The translations under genes were made by a program, and so were the position numbers. A DNA stretch of 64,000 bases from positions 32,001 through 96,000 of IMG/VR virus record IMGVR_UViG_3300034112_000721; one strand, given 5' to 3'. Of the stretch, positions 31,845 to 40,537 are shown piece after piece. Positions within the stretch are counted from its first letter, which is position 1. Each line of letters starts with the position of its first letter. The stretch is from a virus. The notes under the pieces are model-generated. The model worked only from the letters and a program-made list of their open reading frames with translations, ran no database searches and was not told the origin of the DNA.

Positions 31845-31878
31845 AAAAAAGGGAGAGGAGTATAAACTCTCTCTCCCC
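31845..31878 (-). terminator. Intrinsic terminator after the auxiliary capsid gene
   Basis: GGGAGAGAGAG-TTTATA-CTCCTCTCCC followed by TTTTTT. Confidence 0.8.
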
Positions 31879-31903
31879 TTATATATTTATTAACGTTTAA
31901 CTA

Positions 31904-33547
31904 TTAGATTCCACACTGAGCTGGAAGAGCTGGAAACTCAATAGCTGAGCATGTAGACTCACAACTAAATGTTTCAATCTCACAAACTCCACAGTTATTT
32001 AACCAATCAGTAGTAGCAGTAACAAATGCAGCACCACTTGCAGGAGAAGTAAAGATAACTTCTAACAAGTATTGGTCATTGTCAAATGTACCGGTAGGAT
32101 TGTTAAATCTTGGAACACTGTGTTGCAAGTAAGTTTTGTAATAAAGTGCTTGTCTGTTGATAGCATTTACTATTTGGTTACCTTGTGTAATCTCTCTGAT
32201 ACGGAAATCTGAAGAGAAGAAGTTTTGTCTGTAAGACTCAGAAAGAATCACATCTCTAAGAACTGTTTCTCCAAGACCCATAGCTTGGCTACCAAGACAC
32301 TCATTAACTACACAAAGACCTTCAAACTGACAAGGATCTCCATTAAGATCTACTTCACTTGGATACAAGTTAATTGGTTGTTTCTCATAGAAGTCAGAAA
32401 TTTGGAAAGTACAATCTCCAAATCTTGTATCTACATAAGCACCATTAAGAATTAAACCTGCACATGCACCAGCAGTATGTCCTGGAGATACATAGTTATT
32501 CCAAGTATCAGCACCAACTGAAGCTAAGAAAGCTGCATCTGTTCCTGGAGCATACCAGATAACACCTGCCTCATCCTGAATAGCAATTTGGAAGAATGGA
32601 GATACAATTGGAGAGTTTAATAGATCATTAGCCCAAAGGATCATAACTTCAGTAGAATCTACTGCAGTTGGAGCAATAGCTCCTGCTGGACAGCATCCTG
32701 TATAAGCAGATGCAGTATAGTATGCATTGTGATCTAAGAATCTTAGAGCAGGAGAACCTTTAACATCTAAACGAAGATAGTAAGTCTCACCACATAAGAA
32801 TTCTTTACAACAGTTAGTTCCAGAAATAACTGGAGCAATTGCAGTTGTAACAGTTAATACATCAATAGTAGCATCATTGTTACCTGCATCAATAGTTAAT
32901 GTATCACCAATTGTATATCCTTTACCAGGAGAAAGAAGTGCAACAGCAGTTACTACACCAAGACCATTTGCATTAAATTCTACAATTGCACCTGTACCTG
33001 TACCACCAGTTACACCAGCAGTAGAAGTACCAGCTGGATATCCAGTACCACCAACTAATGATCCTGCATCAAGAGTAAGAACACCACCACCTGCACTAGC
33101 ATAAGTAGAACCAACGTGTACTACATTGTTAGTAGGAGTACAAGGCTCTACATCATAAAATCTAGATACATACTTAGGGTTAACAACTTTAGACTTATTA
33201 GTCTCTTGATAACCACCAATGAATGGACTAACTTTATCTTTACAATAGATAGTAGATCCTGCAAGATAAAGAGGACAACATTCAGTTGCTGTACTAGGAA
33301 CAACAGAAAGATTAGTTTTAGTATCAAACCAACCAACATAGTTATTCTCAAGACTACCAAATGAAGAAGTTGCTGCAACTGCCAACTGATTTAATGCATA
33401 AGTTGGGCGACTTGCAGTTGATAAAAATCCACCAGTAGCAGATGCATTACCTAATGCACCTCCACTTGGATTAGTGATAGCTACAGGACCAATTGTGGCT
33501 CCTGTTGCCAAAAACGTTTTTCTAAACGCGTGATTAAAATAAGCCAT
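31904..33547 (-). CDS. Abundant structural protein, probably auxiliary capsid protein
   Basis: 547 aa; own promoter and terminator; position after MCP and ring genes; internal GGTGY...GGTGTGA...GKGYTIGDTLTI module. Confidence 0.5.
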   Translation of the reverse strand: MAYFNHAFRKTFLATGATIGPVAITNPSGGALGNASATGGFLSTASRPTYALNQLAVAATSSFGSLENNYVGWFDTKTNLSVVPSTATECCPLYLAGSTIYCKDKVSPFIGGYQETNKSKVVNPKYVSRFYDVEPCTPTNNVVHVGSTYASAGGGVLTLDAGSLVGGTGYPAGTSTAGVTGGTGTGAIVEFNANGLGVVTAVALLSPGKGYTIGDTLTIDAGNNDATIDVLTVTTAIAPVISGTNCCKEFLCGETYYLRLDVKGSPALRFLDHNAYYTASAYTGCCPAGAIAPTAVDSTEVMILWANDLLNSPIVSPFFQIAIQDEAGVIWYAPGTDAAFLASVGADTWNNYVSPGHTAGACAGLILNGAYVDTRFGDCTFQISDFYEKQPINLYPSEVDLNGDPCQFEGLCVVNECLGSQAMGLGETVLRDVILSESYRQNFFSSDFRIREITQGNQIVNAINRQALYYKTYLQHSVPRFNNPTGTFDNDQYLLEVIFTSPASGAAFVTATTDWLNNCGVCEIETFSCESTCSAIEFPALPAQCGI

Positions 33548-33625
33548 TTTTTTTATAATTTAATTAAACAAAGAATATACTATAATATAGTAAAAAATTT
33601 TATAATAACAAAAAAAGCTAGAAAA

Positions 33626-34255
33626 TTATCCAGCTACTTCTGCCATATCATTATCTAATAGTCTTAAAGCTAATGGATCTGTACCAAATGTTCTTAGTTT
33701 ATCCATCCAAGTTTGCATCTTATCATGCTCTTCAACTTGTTCTTTTAAGTATCCTAAACATAATTCATAAAGAATATGATCCTTATTTGACATTGCAAAA
33801 TCTGCCATTTTTTTAATTTGAGTAGATACTTCTATCTCATGCTCATAAGATAACCTTACAATTTCTGGAAGACTTCCTGAAAAATCTTGTTGTGGTTGAT
33901 CTAATCTTGGAGTTAATGGTTGTACTCCAAATGATAATAAATACTTACGTGCAATATCAGCATGAGTTAATTCTTCATCTGAATACTTTCTCCATAGAGC
34001 AGCAGCACCTTTGAATCCTTTTTCATCTAACCACATTGTCATTGACATATAAATTCTAGAAGAATACTCTTCTTGTTGAATTCTATAATTTAAATAGTCA
34101 ACAGCATTATCTGTAATTAATGGGTTCATAGTAGCTACATCTGGAACTTCTTTTGATGCACCAGAACTTGGTTTATCAATACTAGGAATTCCTGTAGATG
34201 GCGGAAGTTTTACTACACTTGTATCTAATCTTTTTAATAATCTTTTCTGTTCCAT
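33626..34255 (-). CDS. ftn: Ferritin (FtnA-like) with an N-terminal extension
   Basis: Four-helix ferritin pattern QQEEYSSRIY...DEELTHA...EHE...EQVEE with ferroxidase ligands. Confidence 0.9.
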   Translation of the reverse strand: MEQKRLLKRLDTSVVKLPPSTGIPSIDKPSSGASKEVPDVATMNPLITDNAVDYLNYRIQQEEYSSRIYMSMTMWLDEKGFKGAAALWRKYSDEELTHADIARKYLLSFGVQPLTPRLDQPQQDFSGSLPEIVRLSYEHEIEVSTQIKKMADFAMSNKDHILYELCLGYLKEQVEEHDKMQTWMDKLRTFGTDPLALRLLDNDMAEVAG

Positions 34256-34261
34256 TTTATA

Positions 34262-34963
34262 TTAGTTGTTTCTTTCAGCAGTTTCTGTACCTCTAGAGAA
34301 TTGGTTTCCAGATTCAATATCTCCAGCTATAATACTAACTGCCTCATCTATTATTACTTCTATTATATCATCTTTAAATTCACACTCTACATTTGCAGTA
34401 GACTGAACCCCTGTATATGGATCTACACAACCATCAATTTGTATCTTTCTAGGTTGTCTATAGTATGTAAGATCTACTTCAGAGATATTAAAGTCATTAT
34501 TTGTGTAGACATTAATTCTGTCATCTATAAGTGTAGCAAATGTTTCCGCCCATTCAAAACTTGGTTGTTTTAATTTATCTCTTAAAAGTACAGATACATT
34601 ACCTTCTTCTGCAAGATATACTACCATCCTTCTTTTATCACAGCAATCCTTTTGTGCATATACATCTACTCTTTTCCATTGTAAATAATCTTGAGGAATG
34701 CTTAAGAATGAATAGTCTCCTTTATCAGTTAATCCACCAATAGTAGTTTTATAAAGAAGAACTTGTAAGTCATCCTTTCTCCGGGTAGATTGCTCATCAC
34801 CTTCTTTAACAATATTAATACCGTGCAACTGCCTTCTAGACCATTCTACTTGGGCTTTATTAAATGCCTCTACTACCTGCCAACATTCTATGTTGTCGTA
34901 GTCTTGGCTATCTAATTTATTTAGCCTTTGCTTAATCTTTACAGTTATAGTACTATTTAACAT
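34262..34963 (-). CDS. Head-tail ring/adaptor protein
   Basis: 233 aa; LNKLDSQDYDN...FNKAQ...EQSTRRKDDLQVL...YYRQP; synteny. Confidence 0.65.
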   Translation of the reverse strand: MLNSTITVKIKQRLNKLDSQDYDNIECWQVVEAFNKAQVEWSRRQLHGINIVKEGDEQSTRRKDDLQVLLYKTTIGGLTDKGDYSFLSIPQDYLQWKRVDVYAQKDCCDKRRMVVYLAEEGNVSVLLRDKLKQPSFEWAETFATLIDDRINVYTNNDFNISEVDLTYYRQPRKIQIDGCVDPYTGVQSTANVECEFKDDIIEVIIDEAVSIIAGDIESGNQFSRGTETAERNN

Positions 34964-34965
34964 TA

Positions 34966-35460
34966 CTATCTATTTTTAGCAATTTTCTTTAAAGTCTTTG
35001 CAAGAGCTTTTCTCTTAGGAGTACAAGTAGGTTTAGTCATTGGAGTACAATATCCTTTGTGCGCAGGATTAATTGCCTTTTGAATCCACTTCTTATCAGT
35101 TGACCCACCTTTTTTAGCTTTAAACATTGGTTTATCTTCAACAGGTGCTGGGGGCGTAGAAGTTTTTGGAACTCCTCTTAAAACTCCTTTTAAAGTTCTT
35201 GTTTCCTTAGCTCTTTCAGGCTCACCATAATTTTTTTTAACTACTGTTTTATAGTTACCATCTGGAGAATAAAACTTCATCTTTGCTTCTTTTGGTGCTT
35301 TATCACTTAAAGCTCCTCCATTATCAAATTTAGTTCTTGCAGGTTCTCTTTTACCTATAGGAGTATAGCCTTGATCTTTAGCAGATCTAATCTTACCAGG
35401 ATATCCTCTCTGTACTTTTACAGATGCTCCAAACTTTGCAGTAGTCTTTTTAGTTGCCAT
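34966..35460 (-). CDS. Small basic protein (FDNGG, AKKGG; KKWIQKAINP...CTP motif)
   Basis: 164 aa, Lys-rich. Confidence 0.75.
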   Translation of the reverse strand: MATKKTTAKFGASVKVQRGYPGKIRSAKDQGYTPIGKREPARTKFDNGGALSDKAPKEAKMKFYSPDGNYKTVVKKNYGEPERAKETRTLKGVLRGVPKTSTPPAPVEDKPMFKAKKGGSTDKKWIQKAINPAHKGYCTPMTKPTCTPKRKALAKTLKKIAKNR

Positions 35461-35505
35461 GACTTTACTTTTTTACTTTACCTTTATTTCTACAGCTACA
35501 CATGA

Positions 35506-35844
35506 TTATTTCTTTTTAGAGCCACCTTTTTTCATGTAACCCATTTTATTTCTAACAGCTGTTGGTAATTTAGACAATCCAACTTTTCCTGCAGGAACTG
35601 GTTTAAGTGATCCACCAGTAGCCATTTTTTTAACAGCACCACCTTTCTTCATAGTAGGGTTAGTTCCCATTTGATTCTTAGAAATATCTGTGTTACCATT
35701 AGTAGGGCGCATTGGTAGGCCATTTAATGGAATACCGTAGTTATAATCTGTAGCTCCACCTTTAGCCATCTTTTTTACTTTCTTAACAGGACCACCAGCT
35801 TTCATTTTGCCGCAACCCATTTTACAAGTTTTCATAGTTTTCAT
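35506..35844 (-). CDS. Small basic protein with five MxxGG motifs
   Basis: MKAGG, MAKGG, MKKGG, MATGG, MKKGG in 112 aa. Confidence 0.75.
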   Translation of the reverse strand: MKTMKTCKMGCGKMKAGGPVKKVKKMAKGGATDYNYGIPLNGLPMRPTNGNTDISKNQMGTNPTMKKGGAVKKMATGGSLKPVPAGKVGLSKLPTAVRNKMGYMKKGGSKKK

Positions 35845-35862
35845 AGTAATATATATAATAAG

Positions 35863-36252
35863 TTAACAATTCCACTTTCTTAAAGACTTGTTGATTCTAG
35901 AGTTAGGATCATTAGCAGTCTTTGAGCTTGTTAGTTTTTTCTTCATACCAGACATTCTAGCACAAAAGCTTTTTCTTCTATTGGCATCTTTACTTCCAGC
36001 TTTTAGTTTAGAAGGTTTAGTAGTTACTGCTGTCTGAAGTTTACTTCCTGGATTTTCTCTTCTATAAGAAGCAACTCCTTTAGCATTAAGACCTCCTTCT
36101 GGATTCTTACCTTCTTTTCTTTGCCATGCTGGAGTAGAGCCACCTTTCTTCATTTTATGATCTGAGTCTCTCATTATAGAGCCATCAGGCATTACATGAT
36201 AACCTTTTGGTATATTAAGAGCAGCTTTCATTAATTTTGAATTCCTTGCCAT
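35863..36252 (-). CDS. Small basic protein, DUF6321-like
   Basis: AWQRKEGKNPEGGLNAKG...RRKSFCARMSG...SRINKSLRKWNC following MKKGG; N-terminal GYHVMPDG motif. Confidence 0.75.
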   Translation of the reverse strand: MARNSKLMKAALNIPKGYHVMPDGSIMRDSDHKMKKGGSTPAWQRKEGKNPEGGLNAKGVASYRRENPGSKLQTAVTTKPSKLKAGSKDANRRKSFCARMSGMKKKLTSSKTANDPNSRINKSLRKWNC

Positions 36253-36254
36253 GA

Positions 36255-36425
36255 CTATTTTTTTACACAGTTATTATATGTTTTACCATACATCTTTTTA
36301 GTACCTTTCTTTTCATAACCTGGCCAACAACTCTTTGCACTTCCACCAGCTTTCATCTTAGGCTTCTTACCAGCTATCTTCATTGAGATAGCTATTGCTG
36401 CTTGTTGTGCCCTACTTTTTGCCAT
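36255..36425 (-). CDS. 56-aa basic protein (AQQAAIAISMK / MKAGG / CWPGY...NCVKK)
   Basis: Translated by hand: MAKSRAQQAAIAISMKIAGKKPKMKAGGSAKSCWPGYEKKGTKKMYGKTYNNCVKK; fills the gap between neighbouring genes. Confidence 0.8.
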   Translation of the reverse strand: MAKSRAQQAAIAISMKIAGKKPKMKAGGSAKSCWPGYEKKGTKKMYGKTYNNCVKK

Positions 36426-36684
36426 TACTTTTTCCTTTACCTTTATACTTATAATCAGGGTTATCTCTATGCCATTTCTTTGTAGCAGCTACACCCTGCG
36501 CAACTGTTTTGGCTCTACCTATTTTAGTAAGATCAATTGTGTCCCATTGACCTTTATCTTTAGTAGGATGGTTGACCATAATATGACCAACCTTTCCTTC
36601 TCCTTTTTTTGTAGTCTTCTTATATACTACATGTTTTTCACCACCGGCAGTAACTTTTACTTTCTTAGTTTTTGCCTTTGCCAT
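36412..36684 (-). CDS. Small basic protein
   Basis: 90 aa, Lys-rich, in the operon. Confidence 0.7.
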   Translation of the reverse strand: MAKAKTKKVKVTAGGEKHVVYKKTTKKGEGKVGHIMVNHPTKDKGQWDTIDLTKIGRAKTVAQGVAATKKWHRDNPDYKYKGKGKSNGKK

Positions 36685-36686
36685 TA

Positions 36687-36932
36687 TTAAATCTTTTTAC
36701 CAGAAGCAATACTGTTAAATTCTTTTGCTTTCTCAGCTGCCATCTTTTTTACATCTGCCATTAACTTTGCATTCTTTTGTATTTCAGAAGCTCTTTGTAA
36801 TGTAGACATAGCAGATTCAACTTCCCATTTTCTCATTTCTGCTTTGTTACCACCAAAAATAGAAATACCAACTGAAGAATTTGCTTTCTTAGCTGGTGTG
36901 GATTTTTTAGTTGTTGTTCTTTTAATTGCCAT
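36687..36932 (-). CDS. Small basic protein
   Basis: 81 aa; KWEVESAMSTLQRASEIQK helix. Confidence 0.7.
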   Translation of the reverse strand: MAIKRTTTKKSTPAKKANSSVGISIFGGNKAEMRKWEVESAMSTLQRASEIQKNAKLMADVKKMAAEKAKEFNSIASGKKI

Positions 36933-36934
36933 AA

Positions 36935-37201
36935 CTATCTAAATCTTGCTGCCTTTTGGGCTATGCCCTTGGGCTGTTTAACAAATTGTTTTCCTTTACT
37001 ATTACCTTTAGCCTTTGCTTTATTTGTTGCAGCTTTCTCTCCTGCTGATAAAGAACCCCAAGCAGCTTCAGGTAAATATCTTTTTTTACCTTTTGACTTT
37101 ACCTCTTTAGAAGAACCTTTCTTCTTATTTGCATAAGTTCCAGATGTCATCCATTTTTGTGCTGACCAATCTCTTAAACTTTGCTGAGGATCTTTAGCCA
37201 T
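36935..37201 (-). CDS. Small basic protein, C-terminal half of a DUF5872-like family
   Basis: QQSLRDWSAQKW...RYLPEAAW...GKQFVKQP. Confidence 0.7.
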   Translation of the reverse strand: MAKDPQQSLRDWSAQKWMTSGTYANKKKGSSKEVKSKGKKRYLPEAAWGSLSAGEKAATNKAKAKGNSKGKQFVKQPKGIAQKAARFR

Positions 37202-37401
37202 TACTTCTTGGTTTTATAACCACCACCTTTAGACTTATATTCTTTAGCTAAAAGTTGTGCTTTTCTTGCAGACCATTCTCCAGGATCTCCACCCTTAGAA
37301 CCAGCTTTAATTCTTTCAAACAAAGACTTACGCATACCAGGCTTAGTGTAAACACCAGCCTGGTTAACGCGACTTTTAGTAGTAGATTTCTTTAGTGGCA
37401 T
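37201..37401 (-). CDS. Small basic protein, N-terminal half of a DUF5872-like family
   Basis: YTKP...IKAGSKGGDPGEWSARKAQLLAKEYKSKGGGY. Confidence 0.7.
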   Translation of the reverse strand: MPLKKSTTKSRVNQAGVYTKPGMRKSLFERIKAGSKGGDPGEWSARKAQLLAKEYKSKGGGYKTKK

Positions 37402-37775
37402 TATTTCATTTTTTTAGCACCACCTTTTTTCATCATAGAAGCACCATACATAGCTTTAGGAACTGCAGTTTTAGGAGCTTTAGAAGTTCCACCTGAACGT
37501 CCTTTAGCTATTTTAGATGCAGAAACTTTAGCATTCTCTCCAGAGATTACACCTTTAGAGCCAGCTACTTTAGAAGCAGTTACACTTTTATTAGCATTAG
37601 TCATTCCACCAGTTTTCATTTTTTTACCAGCTGTAGCACCTACCGGACTTTTTGCAGCTTTGCCAGCCATAGCACCAAATGTAGCACCTGCTGCACCTCC
37701 AGCAAGTTTACCAGCTTCATAACCATAATTCATGGCTGAAGTTCCTTTTTTAGATTTTTTCTTTGGAGTTAACAT
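37401..37775 (-). CDS. Small basic Ala/Gly/Lys-rich protein with MxxGG motifs
   Basis: MKTGG, AMYG, MKKGG; histone H1-like composition. Confidence 0.7.
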   Translation of the reverse strand: MLTPKKKSKKGTSAMNYGYEAGKLAGGAAGATFGAMAGKAAKSPVGATAGKKMKTGGMTNANKSVTASKVAGSKGVISGENAKVSASKIAKGRSGGTSKAPKTAVPKAMYGASMMKKGGAKKMK

Positions 37776-37787
37776 TTTATATAATTT

Positions 37788-38813
37788 TTAAGAGTTCCAT
37801 AATTTTTCAACAGAAGCTGTAACATCTTTAAGAATATCTTCATTTAAAGGATTCTTAAAGTATTCTACAACATCTGATACATTTCTACCAAGTAAGCTGT
37901 TAGACTTAGCATGATAAATATGACCATCTGCCTTACTTATAATATACTTAAAAAATACGGAATCTCTAACAATTGATTTAATTTTTAGTGTTTCCATATC
38001 CATATTTACTGCATCAATGAAAGATTTAGCTGCTCTTTCTTTATTAGTCTCACCACCCTCTCCATTAATGTACATATCCATATTCTCATAGATAATGTCA
38101 TTTGGTGTTGATTTTCTGTACTGTGTACTATTAAGATCAACAACTTTTGCAATGTAGAATAGTTTAGTACTATTCTTATCAAATAATTTCTGAAGTTCAG
38201 AAAGTGCTTTGTTACGCATTTTCTTGTACTCAGTTCTAACCATCACAGTTTCTTCTTCTTTATCTAGATAAAACTTAGGTGGTTTTGCTTTTGATCTTGC
38301 ATCTTCATAACTCTTTGCTATAATTGAAAATGCCCCAGCTTCAATAGCATAAATCTTAATTCTATCAAAAGGATCTTTTGGATCTAAAAATACTGGCTCA
38401 TTACCACATTTAATATCAATCTTATTCCAGAAATCTTTATTGTCTGGTTTAAGTAATTTAACTTTGTTCCAAAAATCCTTATCCTCAATATCTAAAACAT
38501 TAGCTGCAAGTTCTCTTTCAAGTTCTGCAACTGCTGTTCTTATTTCTCTAATTTTTGCTTCTCTTTGATCTGATGGTAATGTTTTAATTTCTGGAGCAAA
38601 TTCATTAAGCCCAGTAATATATCTTGTTACACCATTTACTTCAAGACAAGCTAATTGTTCTTGGTGCTTTACACCATCAAACAAAACTTGTTGGTAATTT
38701 TCTAATCCCATGTTTGACATTCTGCTGTCAAAGTATGGTCTAATAGCAATAGCTGTTTTTCTTGCGGTGGCAGCTTTGTTAATTTCCACCATTGTAAATT
38801 CTGCGTTTTCCAT
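37788..38813 (-). CDS. Conserved head-module protein downstream of the MCP gene
   Basis: 341 aa; YITGL...FWNK...LDPKDPFD; synteny with the crAss-like head module. Confidence 0.55.
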   Translation of the reverse strand: MENAEFTMVEINKAATARKTAIAIRPYFDSRMSNMGLENYQQVLFDGVKHQEQLACLEVNGVTRYITGLNEFAPEIKTLPSDQREAKIREIRTAVAELERELAANVLDIEDKDFWNKVKLLKPDNKDFWNKIDIKCGNEPVFLDPKDPFDRIKIYAIEAGAFSIIAKSYEDARSKAKPPKFYLDKEEETVMVRTEYKKMRNKALSELQKLFDKNSTKLFYIAKVVDLNSTQYRKSTPNDIIYENMDMYINGEGGETNKERAAKSFIDAVNMDMETLKIKSIVRDSVFFKYIISKADGHIYHAKSNSLLGRNVSDVVEYFKNPLNEDILKDVTASVEKLWNS

Positions 38814-38847
38814 TTTTGTTGGTTTTAAATGTTAATTAAAAATAAGT

Positions 38848-38875
38848 AAAAAGAGGGAGATTTTACTCTCCCTCT
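38848..38875 (-). terminator. Intrinsic terminator after MCP
   Basis: AGAGGGAG-AGTAAAAT-CTCCCTCT followed by TTTT. Confidence 0.8.
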
Positions 38876-38889
38876 CATACTCTGATCTA

Positions 38890-40509
38890 TTATAGAGAGC
38901 CACCAGTGATTGGGTTTCTCATAACAATTTTCAAGACTTTTGTAGGGTCTTTTACCCAGATAGCTGGCATTGTTTGAGACATCATCACACGGTACCCGTT
39001 GAATTGTCCAGAAGACTGGAATCCTTGAGTTCTTCCCATGTAGTCCATAGTACCATTTTGGTACCACCACTTCAATTGGTTATCCCAAGAAAGTTTCAAC
39101 ATAAAGATGTTATCATTAGTGTTATCAGTGATATCAAAGATGATAAAGCTGTAAGAAGATAATGGGAAACCATCAATGATTGGGTTCTCAATATCATTTG
39201 TATGAACATTGTCAAATGCTGGGTTAAGAACAAACTTAACATTTGCCAAGAATGGAATTACATATGAAGTATAAGCAAATCCAAAGTTCAAGTCCATACC
39301 TTTACCAGTGATAGCACCAATATCAGCAGCCTGAATTAACAAACCTGAAGAGATAGCTTCTTGCTTGATGGCCTCATTAACCATACGCATACCACCCATA
39401 CCAGTTTGTACAATAAGAGATCTTTTTGGATCTGGTCCTTGGAACTCAACCTTACCATTGAAGAAGTTATAGATTTCTCCACGGAATAAGTCAAGAGTAA
39501 AGTTATTTTTGTTGTATACTCTTTTGAACGCATTGTTCAATTGTTGCCAAAGTCCAACAGATAATCTGATATCATCTGGACCATCTTGCTTAACTTTACC
39601 TCCTTGTCCCCACATTAAGTAAGTCTCAATGTCAGTTGCAATTTTAGAAAGGTGAGCTGCTTCCATGTTTGTCAAGAAAGTTCTAGACAAATCTCCGTTA
39701 TCAAATGCTTTTTTAACAGCATCTTTACCCATAACTTTTACCATATCCTCTAAAGATGTGATAGATGGATCAGTAACATTTTTGTCAAATGTTCTCCAGA
39801 TCTCTGTTACAGGAATAGTACCATCTGCATTCATACCACCTTTGATCATTAAGTCTGCTCTAGAAGAGATAGAATAATGTACGTGAGCTTCAGCACCACC
39901 AACAAAGTTGTAGTATTCACGGAAACCAGCTTGTGTAATGATGTCAGAAAATCTTTCACCATACTCACCTCTTGCAGAACCTTTTCTGAAGAATCTAGTT
40001 CCATTAGCTAAATATGCATTGTCTAAGAATCTAGTGTTGTCATTATTTACAAGTTGAACAGTGTAAATAAATCCATCACCAATTGGAAGAATGTCTTCAT
40101 CTGTGATGTACAATTCCACACCATTATACTTGTCATAAGTAATAATGTCACCGTGACCAAATTCTCTACGGCTTAATTTAATTCTGAAGGTTGTTCCATC
40201 AATACCTTTGAAAGTATTTGTTGGTTCAATATCTTCAATTACATATGGAAGATCTGTAGAGACAGGAGTCTGCCACTTATACTCTCCACGAGCATTATCA
40301 ACCATAATTACATTTTTGCCACCAAAGCTAGAAAGCTGATAAAGGGGCATTTCTACTTTTTGAGCCATAGCCCAAAGGTCTACTGGACCTAAATCCATAG
40401 GTTCAGCATCTTTTAACATATTCACTAAGTGATAAGAGTCTACATGCGATGAAGCTTGGTAGGCTGTATCTCTCAGGAATATCCCATTGTTTAAAATTGG
40501 AGTTGCCAT
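38890..40509 (-). CDS. Major capsid protein (crAss-like HK97 fold)
   Basis: 539 aa; follows portal and scaffold; YLMWG...GLWQQL, TGMGGM, FGFAYTSY, IWVKDPTK; followed by a terminator. Confidence 0.85.
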   Translation of the reverse strand: MATPILNNGIFLRDTAYQASSHVDSYHLVNMLKDAEPMDLGPVDLWAMAQKVEMPLYQLSSFGGKNVIMVDNARGEYKWQTPVSTDLPYVIEDIEPTNTFKGIDGTTFRIKLSRREFGHGDIITYDKYNGVELYITDEDILPIGDGFIYTVQLVNNDNTRFLDNAYLANGTRFFRKGSARGEYGERFSDIITQAGFREYYNFVGGAEAHVHYSISSRADLMIKGGMNADGTIPVTEIWRTFDKNVTDPSITSLEDMVKVMGKDAVKKAFDNGDLSRTFLTNMEAAHLSKIATDIETYLMWGQGGKVKQDGPDDIRLSVGLWQQLNNAFKRVYNKNNFTLDLFRGEIYNFFNGKVEFQGPDPKRSLIVQTGMGGMRMVNEAIKQEAISSGLLIQAADIGAITGKGMDLNFGFAYTSYVIPFLANVKFVLNPAFDNVHTNDIENPIIDGFPLSSYSFIIFDITDNTNDNIFMLKLSWDNQLKWWYQNGTMDYMGRTQGFQSSGQFNGYRVMMSQTMPAIWVKDPTKVLKIVMRNPITGGSL

Positions 40510-40537
40510 TTTTATATTTGTTTTATTTGTTACTTAA

